Source: Chrysomallon squamiferum
Lineage: Eukaryota; Animalia; Mollusca
Reading direction: 5' to 3'
Length of the DNA: 64,000 nucleotides
Assembly (NCBI GenBank): GCA_012295275.1
Contig: CM022670.1
Coordinates: 37,696,001 to 37,760,000 of the forward strand
This document shows, piece after piece, positions 50,271-61,679 of this stretch. Below the pieces are notes generated by a model. It saw only the letters and a program-made list of their open reading frames with translations, ran no database searches and was not told the DNA's origin. The translations under genes and the position numbers were made by a program. Position 1 is the first letter of the stretch, and every line of letters starts with the position of its first letter.

Positions 50271-51730
50271 CTAAGGTGATTCTTTTCTAGTAACTACAAT
50301 AGTTTTTAGTTGCACTTGCTTTAAAAATAATATTTCAGATCTTTTTCTTTCAATCTTCATTAAATAATTAATATGAACAAAACAAGTGTCTGGTTTTTCA
50401 GAATTGTTATTTTATTTATTTTTTGTTAACTGTACTGTAATGCTTTATATATGTTCACCACTGTTTAAGGTTTTAATATATCTGTTACTTTGATAATTAA
50501 AATTTCATAAAGTGTTTTACTGTTAAAAGTATTTGATTTACACTTTTGTAGGTTTCTTCCATCGTGATTTAAAGCCAGAAAATTTATTATGTTCTGGCAC
50601 AGACTTAATAAAAATAGCTGACTTTGGACTTGCAAGAGAGATAAGATCTCTGCCACCATATACAGACTATGTCTCAACTAGATGGTGAGACTGGGTTTTT
50701 TTATTTAATATATTTTGAATTCTGTTCTGTTATTATGGGAAAACATCTGATTTTTTACCTTTTAGAAACTTTTCAGAAATTTAAACTTACTTCAGAAATA
50801 AAGTCAGAGTATATTTATCTGAAGTTAAATTATATATATATTTTTTATAAATTTCATTTCTACATTTCTTCATTTATACACTGAGAACTCAGATAATTTA
50901 CCATGGTTTTCAACTCAAATCTTTTTCATGTTTAACACTCATTTAAAAATCAAAATATAAATTATCATATCAGGATATTTATTAAATATTTTACAGTAAT
51001 TTGTATCTTCTGTTAGTAAAATTAAAAAAAAAAAAAAATAAATAAAGCCATTTTAGTTTTGACAATACTAATATTATTCCCATGTTAAAACATGAATTCT
51101 GTTTTCTAGGTACCGGGCTCCAGAAGTATTGTTACGGTCCACTAACTACAGTTCACCAGTTGATCTGTGGGCTGTTGGTACCATAATGGCCGAGGTCTAC
51201 ACACTGAGACCATTGTTTCCAGGCAGTTCAGAGATAGACCAGATTTTCAAAATCTGTTCTGTACTGGGCACACCAAAAAAGGTTAGTTCTCAGCTGGTCA
51301 GCATTTCTGTACAATTCTTCAAGCTAAAGAATACTTTTTGACTAAAGTTAAGAATTAGATGGAAGTAGGTAAGTTTGCTAATGGAAGATTAAACAACACA
51401 GATAATACACTAATTATTATTTGCACATTTGTGATTTATAATTGTCTTCATTTCTATAGAAGTTCTTAAATATTTAAAACTTTTATTTAAATTTTGTTTC
51501 TCTGGCATATTAGGATGTCTATTACAAATCTGAATTTTATATTTTTGTAATTTTTTTTCTTCTTTTTTTTTAAATTTTATTTTTCTGCAATTCTTTCATC
51601 CCATACTTAAGAGAAAACCATCAATGCATTTTCAATTGTTTTAATGTTTGACTTGACTAATCTAGCACCAAGATTCTTGAATTAAAACACTTCTGTTTTA
51701 TGGAAAGAGTTTAAGTACTCTCAAATGTTG

Positions 51731-51765
<35 letters not shown>

Positions 51766-52864
51766 AACTGTAAGAGGGTCAGGTGTCAATTTTATTTCCT
51801 ACATTGTCTAATGAAGTCGGTCATGCAAGAGCTTGTTAATTGTTTTTCCATGTATCACACATGTTATCTGAACTGTTTACTCACAGGAAGAGTGGGAGGA
51901 GGGACATCGGCTGGCCAGTATGATGAATTTCCGCTGGCCGCAGTGTGTGCCCACTAACCTGAAAACCCTCATCCCTAACGCCAGCCACGAAGGTCTGCAG
52001 ATCATGAAGGACATGTTATCATGGAATCCACAGAAACGGCCAGGCGCTGGTCAGGTAATAAATAACAAAAGCATGGTGGTTAGGTTATATAACCACATGT
52101 GCATCAGCAAATTAATCAATAACAATAATGTAGTGGTACATTTTTATAACAGTAGGTACCTGTCTGTGTTACCATGAAAATATTTGTATCAAATGTTGTT
52201 ACAGATGAATTCAGATGGTCATATTGTTTTTGTTTGTACTGATCAGGATAGATTCTAAATAATGGTTAAGATGTGTAGAGCTGTTAATTTTCTTATAATT
52301 GTTAAAGCAAACATTATTGAAAGGTAAGATCCTGTTGATAAGTGTGCCAAAATGACTTTCTGCAGACAGTATTAATAATGGTGGAGTTTTGAATTAAAAC
52401 CTTTTAGAAGCATGCATTTAACCCCAAGAACCCTAAGACATCCTGAGTTCCTTGTTTAATAATTGGCTGCCTCGTTAACAATCTCATCAGGCTGTCCTCC
52501 TGGGCTTTCCTGCTTCTATTCAAAGTCACTCCCATGTCTCTACAATCATCTCAAAAACTTAACTGAATATTTAATTTTTTTTTTTTTTTTTTTTTTTTTT
52601 TCAGTGTCTCAGATATTCATTCTTTCAAGTTGGTCAGAACCTGGGAGCTGCGTCAATGGCAGCCAGCAGACCTCAGGTTGCTCAAGGACCCAGTCACTTC
52701 ACTCAGCCAGCACCCCCCTCAAAACATACCCTAAACCATACACAGATCCCACCCCACTCCGACAAAACCAGATGAACCAGGAAAGTCACATACCACCTTT
52801 AGGAAACAAACCAAAGAAGAGTGAAGATCAAGTAAGTTTATTTGTTTTAAGCAAAAATAATAAA

Positions 52865-52895
<31 letters not shown>

Positions 52896-55423
52896 TTTGT
52901 TTTGGTGAATAATAATGTTAATGTCAGAAATGTTACCACGCCAGTTCTAACACCAAGCAAAGCTTTATTCTTAATGCCAAAATAAGCTTGTTTTTATAGT
53001 TAATGTTTTTATATATACATCGATGGGTTGGAAAATTTGGTATTTATTTTACTTTGCAGGACATATTTTCTATGCCAATGGCTAAAAAAAACAACACGAG
53101 GAAACGCTGGGGAACTGGCTTGTCTGAAACGTGGGATGACTGGGATGACCTTGACTTTACCATTCCAGAAAAGAAAAATACTAAAAAATTGCCATTGGTA
53201 GGCCGACGCAATATAAAAGAGAAAGAAAATGACTTCGATGATGATGACTTTTTTCTGTAAGTTTCTCAAGCTGTTTCTGTTTTTTTTAATTTTGTATTTG
53301 TAGATATGATGTTAAGTTTCTTTTTTTTTTTAACTTCACTGCATGTAATAGATAATTATAGATGGTGGGGAGGGATTAATTCAGACATTTAAAATTATTT
53401 TGTAATTCTTTATAAATGTAATTTTTATAATCATATCCAGTATAAAAAAAAATATTTCATTTTCACATGGAAATATCCATTTTCATTTTTCTTCTGTGAA
53501 TTTTGAAGATCATTTATTAACAAAATTTGTAATTACTGTTCTTTGAAAATATACTATTTCAGATTATTATTATCATTTTTAGGAATTTTATTTTCCATTA
53601 ATGTATTTTGCAGATATTTTAAATGAATACTGAAGTGTGTAAATTTCTTTTGCAGGAATAAAATGAAAAAACCTGCTAATCGTTTGAATTCAGGAAGGTC
53701 TACAGCACGTCAAGAGTCAGCAAAGCAGCACTATATGAGTAAAGCAAGATACCTGCCAGGTACTGAATTGTCTTTTTATTATTTCAGCACACTGTTCATT
53801 GTTTCATTCTCTAAATACAACTGAAAGTTAATTACTAACTTTGATTAGAATATTGAAAAGTTTGGATGTTATCTAAATTAAACTGAAAGTTTATTACTGT
53901 TGTTAGATCAGAATATTAAAACAAATTTTTTCTTGATTCAGAATACTGTTTGATTTTGACAGAAGTTTATTTTCTTCATTTAGAATTGTCATTTTCTCCA
54001 TTTTTTGTGAAAAACAGAGTGGTGATTTATTTTTACTGTTACTGTTCTTTTATTTCTTTCTCAGGTCAAGGTTGTGTGGAATAAGTTTATTGTTGTTATT
54101 ATTATTATTAATTTCATTTATATTTTGTAATAAAAATCATTTACTTTTGCAGGGATAAATCCAGGGAAAAGTGCCAAGAAAGACAATGCCAATCCATGGA
54201 ATACACAAGGATTAATGCGACCAAATCCAGTCCCAGGAATATCTCGTCACAATAATATAGGTACTTAAAGTTTGTGATTTTAAATTTCATGATACCTCAC
54301 TGAAAATACAGGCTTGCCTTATTGTTGTTCAGAATCACTAAAGTTCATTTCAAATGGGATATATTATTATTATTATTTTTATGTGATTATTTAATTTGAG
54401 AGTAGGGTAAAACAAGTAAAATACCTTTGTCGTTTTTAACTTAACAGGTGGTGGTAACTTTGGTATGCCACCAACCAACAGTGGTAGCAGTGGAAATTCT
54501 GGCTATGTTCCTTCTTTCATGGCTCCCAGCAAAGGCAGTAGTAAGTTATCTAAAAAAAAATAATTAAATATTTAAATAAATAGAGGGCAGTTTTGTTGTG
54601 TGAAATTATTTCTAAATAATATTTTAAAACTGGAAATCATTCTTTCTTAATAAACTTTATTTATGGTTGGCCATGCATTTAACTAATATAAATTGGCTTG
54701 TCATGTAGAAAAGTAATTTCAGCCATTTAGAGCAGTATTAAGGAAACATTAATTCTGAAATATGCGAAAGACGTATTCATGTAATATAATACAAAATACT
54801 ATAGATTACATGAAGAAATTCTTACTGAAAAAAAAAAAAAAACAAATATGAAACAATCTATGATGATTGTCTTTTGTAGATTTCCCTTCAAATACAGGCT
54901 GGAAACCGGCACAGAATTCACCACTAGCACCAATCAACAAAAACACATCAGGCAATTTCCGTCAGCCAGTGGGGAAAATGGGACACGGACGCACTGACTG
55001 GGCAGCAAAGTAAGTCTTCTGTAGACTGTGTGTGTAGTGAGTAGAAAAATACTTACATCTGTCAGTAAGAACAGATCACTGAAGCTACTAGTATTACAGC
55101 TAGCTTATAATTGTAATACGTCTAATTTGTAATCATAATTATCATTTCCAAAATTTAAAAAAATAAAAATAAAAAATTTCCATTTAAGAAAATGAGGAAT
55201 ATATATTTTAGTTTTTATTTATAAAAATAACTAATTTATAACGGTTTTCTTGTTATTTGGAACTTTCACTGAAAATGAAAATGGTTTTAAATTTATTTAC
55301 AAACAAACCACGGCAAGTAATTAAATTGTTTGTTTAGAAGTGTTTATTATCATTTTATATTTTGTATTTTTATTTATATAAATTACTTTTTGTTTTCTTA
55401 TTTTCAGATATTTGAAGTCCTGA
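44162..55423 (+). CDS. MAK: Serine/threonine kinase of the MAK/CILK1(ICK) family, whole gene (~568 aa if one missing base is restored)
   Basis: Exons 44162-44262, 47726-47780, 48234-48355, 49805-49884, 50552-50684, 51110-51281, 51887-52054, 52605-52831, 53060-53256, 53656-53759, 54153-54260, 54448-54540, 54880-55009, 55408-55423. Motifs: [74 protein letters not shown]. Confidence 0.94.
44666..44710. repeat. (CA)n microsatellite
   Basis: Direct reading. Confidence 0.95.
47150..47380 (-). mobile_element. Decayed SINE-family copy with (GAAG)n tail
   Basis: GAAGGAAGGAAGAAATGTTTTATT...TATGGTTAAGGACCA...AAATAGCCCATTGG; reverse of the core seen at 15212 and 42421. Confidence 0.5.
47726..47780 (+). 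CDS. MAK: MAK coding exon 2
   Basis: [18 protein letters not shown]|GTAAGT. Confidence 0.95.
48234..48355 (+). CDS. MAK: MAK coding exon 3 (GC donor)
   Basis: [37 protein letters not shown]; AG|GCAAGT. Confidence 0.93.
49805..49884 (+). CDS. MAK: MAK coding exon 4
   Basis: [27 protein letters not shown]|GTAAGT. Confidence 0.95.
50552..50684 (+). CDS. MAK: MAK coding exon 5 (HRD, DFG, TDY)
   Basis: [13 protein letters not shown]...[21 protein letters not shown]. Confidence 0.96.
51110..51281 (+). CDS. MAK: MAK coding exon 6
   Basis: [23 protein letters not shown]...VLGTPKK. Confidence 0.95.
51887..52054 (+). CDS. MAK: MAK coding exon 7
   Basis: [22 protein letters not shown]...[11 protein letters not shown]|GTAATA. 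Confidence 0.95.
52605..52831 (+). CDS. MAK: MAK coding exon 8 (frame break inside)
   Basis: Starts [11 protein letters not shown]; strong donor CAA|GTAAGT; 227 nt although both flanking introns are phase 0. Confidence 0.75.
53060..53256 (+). CDS. MAK: MAK coding exon 9
   Basis: ttgcag|[20 protein letters not shown]...|GTAAGT. Confidence 0.88.
53656..53759 (+). CDS. MAK: MAK coding exon 10
   Basis: [15 protein letters not shown]|GTACTG. Confidence 0.9.
54153..54260 (+). CDS. MAK: MAK coding exon 11
   Basis: ttgcag|[10 protein letters not shown]...; 108 nt, phase 1-1. Confidence 0.85.
54448..54540 (+). CDS. MAK: MAK coding exon 12
   Basis: ...[11 protein letters not shown]...|GTAAGT. Confidence 0.87.
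54880..55009 (+). CDS. MAK: MAK coding exon 13
   Basis: ...[11 protein letters not shown]|GTAAGT. Confidence 0.92.
55408..55423 (+). CDS. MAK: MAK terminal coding segment
   Basis: ttttcag|A TAT TTG AAG TCC TGA completes WAAKYLKS*. Confidence 0.85.
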
Positions 55424-58400
55424 AAATTCATAAGCAAAGACATTCTGAAAGCATCTGATTTCTTAAAACAAAATCATTGTGACATTTACAGACAAACATG
55501 AGAAGATGAGATTTGTTTTTTTTTGATTTTTAAATCCATGGATAATATTTTTCTTACTGTAAATATCACGTAAGGCTGATTCGCCTAAATCACATTACCA
55601 AACACTTGTTGACTGGAGGTTATCTCCTGCACTTTTTCATGACAATCTTTTTACCCTGGTTATTATTATTATTAATTATAATTATTATTATTTATTTAAT
55701 TATATTATTTTTTTGAGTTGTTGGTTTTTTTGATAATTGTCAGTTTGCTCATTTATATTATATTTTATTCTGTTAAATTTCAAAATGGAGTTTCGAATTA
55801 CTGTGTTAAAAATTTCCTGACTTTCACAACATGATTGCTTTTTCACTTGTGTAATCATGAATCAACATCTTTGGTTGATTGTTAGGCTTTTTGCACGCTA
55901 ATTTGTTTTGTTGTTTTTTTTTTACTTCAGAAGATTGATCTGCACATAGCATTACCAGAACTACATACTGAAACTGTGGTGTTTAAATATATTTTATTTC
56001 AACTTTTGCACATCATTATCAGCAGAGGCCACACAAATTGATGAAAAGCTGCTGCTTGTTGGTGTAGCATAACAAATTTATATTTCACTGCCTTCAGACT
56101 TAATACTTATTACAATTTACTTTCAAGGATTTATTGGGATAAAAGCAATCTTAATTTAACATAATATTTAATTTTATTTTTTTAATTTTTTTTTTTAATG
56201 ATTGTATATTGTTTCACTTGCTGTTGTTTCTTACCTAATTTTTATTATTATTTTACTAACATAGCTACCAGTGATTTTATTTTATTTTTTTTTTTTTTCT
56301 GAAGTGGATTGAGGTGTGAAATGGAAATAAACTGAAACTATAACCAAAACAAATTTTGAAGAGCTTGTTTTTTTTTTAAACAACAGTTATTTTATTTGAC
56401 ATTTTTTTCACATTTTTCACAGATGTTTTAAAAATGCAAACTGATAATTATTTTCTGTGTTTCTAGGGTTTTGAAATATTACAGAATCATCTTTTGGTTC
56501 TAATAAATATGGCAAGGAGTTTTCAGATTATGTTGTAAATCCAGATCATGTTAATATACCAATTACAGAGAAGATTGTGGAAATGTAACCCTTAATAATA
56601 ATTAGAAAATTTCAAATGAAATTGTCATAGGTTGAAATCTCTCTAATAATGTACAGTGATTGTGTATTATGATTTTGTTTTTGATTTTTTCTTTTAAATC
56701 AAGAATCTGGTCAGAAAAATATTATGTTCACATTTTGTGTAGTTCAAGATATTTTTCTTTTAACAGGTAATAATTTTACACAAAAAGTGTTTGCAGATTT
56801 CATTTAGGTAATACTAACTGAGATTAAAATGTGAACCTCATTACCAATATCTGTAAACATCAATTTGATGTAAATACTTTTTTTTACAGAAGAAACACAA
56901 ATACAGCTTTAATAGATTATATTAATACTTGACTCTGTCAGAGGATTAATATTTGCCTCTAACATTGGATGCAAAATCTGCTTTTTGAAAAATGATATAC
57001 TGATAATCAAATAATTGTGGCTGATTTTTAGTTTTGGCACTTAGAAAATTCATTTTTCAAGAAGTATCTGTCAATCCAATAAATCCTGCACAAAGGCCTT
57101 TATTCTTTTTTTAAGCTTTCTGTATGTCACAAAAAACTGTGGTGCATGCTATTTATACATGTAAATCTTGTGTGTTTTTATGTTTTTTATATATTTTTTT
57201 GATTTTCAGAACCTTGATGTTACTGAAAACAGTTGTATATGTTGTGTGCTGTGATGTAACATAGATAATTTTTAAATTTAAAATGTTTTTTTTTTTTTTT
57301 TTTAATAAATTTGATTTTAGAAAGTTATCATTATCTCCATAATTTAGTAGTCACCATTTCGCATCTAGTAAACAAAACAGTATTTTCTTTTCTTAAATTA
57401 CATCTGTACGTATTAACCATTCATTTTTTAAATAATCACAATATGTGACACAAATTATGTATATGTATTTTTTAATATTCTTTTTCAACATGACCATTGT
57501 TTCTCACCATTTAGAATATTACTTAACTGTTGATGAAAACTTCAAGTAAATTAAAAAACATTATTTTGTCCAATTTTTTTTTTTTTACCTGCTATAACGG
57601 TTTTGCAATTCTTTTGTTGAAGAATTGCATGTTCCCATTGGTTTGAATTTTTTTTTATATTTTGTATAATTTTGTTATCATTATTATCATTATTATTATT
57701 ATTATTATGAAGATAATGTAAACCAAAGTGTTATTTACATACAGTTAAATTTGGAAATAAATTTTTAAGATTAAAATGAATTTTTAGGACTGTATAAATG
57801 TAATTCCTCTGCAAAATGTCTAAATCTTGTTGCAACAGTCTATTACATTTTGCACCGAATATACTTGTTGTTTATTGCATTTTCATTTTCGTGTTAACCC
57901 TAGAATACTGAGCTGGATTTTTTTTTAAACTATTCAGTTGTTTGTAACGAGAAGATGATGTAAATGGGTGAAAAACAAAATCATGACATTTTTTTACAAG
58001 TTGCCTTGGGTAATTATTATGATTTATTTCATATCTTAATAAAAAAAAATATATTTTTAAAGAAAACTAAATTTTTACAAAAGTTTTAGAAATATGGTTT
58101 GTAAACAGTCATACTGTCATAATTTTTCTCACTTTTTTTTTTATCATCATTGAGTATAATTTGACAACATGTATATTAAATTAGATCAGACATGATTGTC
58201 ATACTGGTGTGCATCTTTTGAAACCTATTTGGTAGAAGACAAAAATGATGAAATGAAGACAAACAATATAGTATTTTTATGAGGTATGAGGCTTGTTTCT
58301 TATTAATGTGCTCAACCGGTGAAGCAGAATAATAAAAAGTGGACCAAGCTTCAAGTGTTAAATTAATTAACTCACGTTTTTTTCTTCTTTTTTTTGTCTG

Positions 58401-59017
58401 TTTTTTCACTTTTCTGTCTTGTTAATTTTTCCGTTTTGCAAACGAAACTTAATCACAGTTGTATGCAGATGGCATTATGTAGTAAGGATAGAGAAACATA
58501 CATTTGTTAATATTTTGGTGTGGATCTTTTTAACATTTTTTTCCTATTAAAATTTTATTATTATTATTACATACTGTTAATTAATAATATTTTGTTTTGA
58601 AATGACGGGTTTTATTTTCTTAAATAAAAAAAAAAAACTGTATCTGTGATAAGATGTGATAGGTTTGACTATCATGAAAAGCAATCAGTTGTTTGTTTTG
58701 TTCCGAGTAAATAATCTTTTTTGTTAACTGAGTAGATAAATTAAGTTCTATACTAATATTGGTATGGCTAGTGACATCACAAGAATGGCTTACTTTTTGA
58801 AAACACTCATCAGATGAAATTTACACTTCATGAATATTTATTATGCCAGTTACAGGATATTTTCTAAAATATTACCTTACCTTTCTTTCTAAAAATATTA
58901 TTTACCTATGTGATAAATATTTCAAATAATATTTAGTACTATATCATTTTAACCATAATATCATAATGTAATTAACAAACTGTCACAGAAATGTTGAAAT
59001 ATTTATGTATATATAGA

Positions 59018-59023
59018 AATAAA
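59018..59023 (+). terminator. Candidate distal poly(A) signal of MAK
   Basis: AATAAA with upstream TGTA and downstream GT-rich tract; T-rich plus-strand bias appears to fade after it. Confidence 0.3.
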
Positions 59024-61299
59024 CCATATCAATAATGTTTTATGTTGTTGATTTGAATATGAAAATCTATTGACAATTGAGTTGATCTGATTATAGACTA
59101 AGCCAGGGGTTAAAGTAAAAATATTAAAATTGATTTATTTTTTGTAAAATGTACTGAAATGTGTCAAATTGTTTTAACAATAAAAAAAAATTAAATTAAA
59201 AAAATCAGTGAGAAATGAAGCGTAAGGAATCGAAATTTAAATGATTAAATTGTTATTTCCAGGCTTTATTTACATGTTGCAATATGTCAGCATGTTAGTT
59301 CAAGCTGAAACACAAACAGTCAAGCTGATGTGTGTATATTGTAACACATTACTTAACGGTTTGCGTTACATGGCACATATGGCATTTCTAAATGCCACTT
59401 GATTGGAATTTGCTATTTAACACATAATGATCCATACAAAGCAACTTCTCTTGAATGAATAAATTGATTACACAGACTGCACATCGAACGATTAAACTAT
59501 GATTATGAACCAGGGCATAAGGAGATGAAACAAAAGCTTTGTATGTGATGTAAACCCATTTTCTGTGATGATTAAATCTGTTTTAATCAATAATACAATA
59601 TCCTCTTTTACCCAGAATATAGCCAACATCTGTAATTTTTCCAGGCATAGACAGACAGACAGACAACACTTGATTTCCTAAAATGAATGTTTCAAATTCT
59701 CAACCGTTAAAACTTTGATCTGAAATTGGATAGATCATAGGATCGGTCCTATGTGGTTCACATGCTGGGCTATCTCTTGTCTGTAGATGATTTTATTGAA
59801 TAAATGCCAGTGCCTCAAAAACTCTTTACCCATATCATGCTGTTTCATTTATAAGAAGAAACATAAAAAAATGATTACTTGCTGCTTATTTAAAAAGATA
59901 ATAAAATGTGGATGCAGCATATTTCTTCTTACAAAAAATTTTGAGGAGAAAAATATTTTTGACATGTAATGAACAAAATTATATTAAAGAAAAAAATATT
60001 AAAAAAATGGTTTAAATATTTTTAAAGTTATACACTTAATGCATGGGTAAACTGATATTTTCTGGGACACTATAATATTTTAAAAGATACCAGTAACAAA
60101 ATACAAGCAATAAAAGTTTTATTACAAACTGAAAAAGAGATTAGCTGTACTGAATGAAATCTGATGTCAGTAGCTAATATTTAATTTAAAAATAATACTA
60201 ATACTAATACTACTACTACTACTAATAAATAAATAAATAAAATTATAATAATAAAAAATGATTGTTTTTTCTTCTTTTGTTTATTTATTTACTTATTTAT
60301 TTTCTAAAGAAAAAGAAAGATGCTGTAATTGTAACAGAAAGTAAATAAAATACATACATACAGACAGACAGACACTGATTAATGGGGAATAAAATTTATA
60401 ATTTTTTTTTTTTAAATGTTAAACAATGTCTTTAATTTTGACAGTTTTTATTATATTTTGTTTATTAAAAAGAAATTTACAATGCACTAAATAAATAAAT
60501 AAATTAATAATAACAATTTCTTATTAATCCAGAAAGTAATATTCTTAGTTTCAAGTAACAGAATGAATTTAAGACCACAAATAAACAGAAACAAGACATG
60601 CAGAGTTTCTCATAGTCTGTTCTTTCAACCTAATTTCATAAAATATTTGATGCTGTTATATAATTTTGTAACAGAAGTCCAGATTACTGTTCAGACTAAC
60701 ACTGGAGAATAAATGTCTAGACATGAAACTGGAATCTGAAGTTGAGGGTGTGATATGTTAAAAGCATATGAGATAGAAGATAGATTGATGTATATGATGA
60801 TTAACAACTCTCACTGAATTTTTATCAGAGAGTGTTACATAAGGAAGTTGAGTACAAAACAAACCAGTCACAAGACATAAAGTATCATAATCAGATATAA
60901 AAATAGAATTATCTGCGTTTCACATCTTGCACAACACAATCCCATCAACATGATGAGATAATTAGTACAGAATGCATATTTATATATATATTTATATATA
61001 TATAATTTTATATTTATTTATAAATTATTCAACAACAAATATACTTCAGATAAAAATATCTTAGTAAAAAGATGAAACTTATATTAACATAATATTATGG
61101 AACAATAAAACACCATTAATTATGTTAATAAATCAATAACCCATATAATGTCACTGATTTTAACGAATACAGCAAACATGAATTTTGGGAGAAATGTTTC
61201 AGTTAACTAACAGAAAATTATATGTCACCCAGGAGGAGCCTCAATGTATAACTAACTGGAATGTGGATTACACGGTAGCCTCCCCATGATTAAATCATT

Positions 61300-61350
61300 A
61301 GAAACACCCGGATTGGGAAATGACGTCAGAGGCCACTGTGGCCGGTGAAG
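61300..61350 (+). promoter_or_regulatory. Rab10 proximal promoter
   Basis: CpG patch with CCGGAT, inverted CCAAT (ATTGG) and perfect CRE TGACGTCA at 61321-61328, ~230 nt before the ATG. Confidence 0.6.
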
Positions 61351-61552
61351 TGTGAACCTAACGAGTTGTGTATATTGAAAACAGTATAATAAGCGGTCAT
61401 AATCCATTATGCTAGTGAACAGGACAAGGCGTCTAAAATTGTTACGGACTGTGTGAAAATTGCTCTTTAAATCTCGACTCTGTTGAAGAATAAAGTACAA
61501 GTGTATAACTGCATCTGTCTGGACGCCATATTGCATTTTGAATGACTGAAAA

Positions 61553-61679
61553 ATGGCGAAAAAGACGTATGATCTTCTATTCAAGCTACTGTTAATCGGA
61601 GATTCCGGTGTTGGAAAAACTTGTCTTCTATTTAGATTTTCAGATGACGCTTTTAATACAACATTTATTTCAACTATAG
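61553..61679 (+). CDS. RAB10: Ras-related protein Rab-10, first coding exon (gene continues beyond the window)
   Basis: [43 protein letters not shown]|GTGAGT; MAKKTYDLL distinguishes Rab10 from Rab8. Confidence 0.95.

Noticed and set aside
44162-55423. MAK as a pseudogene because of the frame break
   Set aside because: Catalytic motifs, splice sites and conserved tail motifs are all intact
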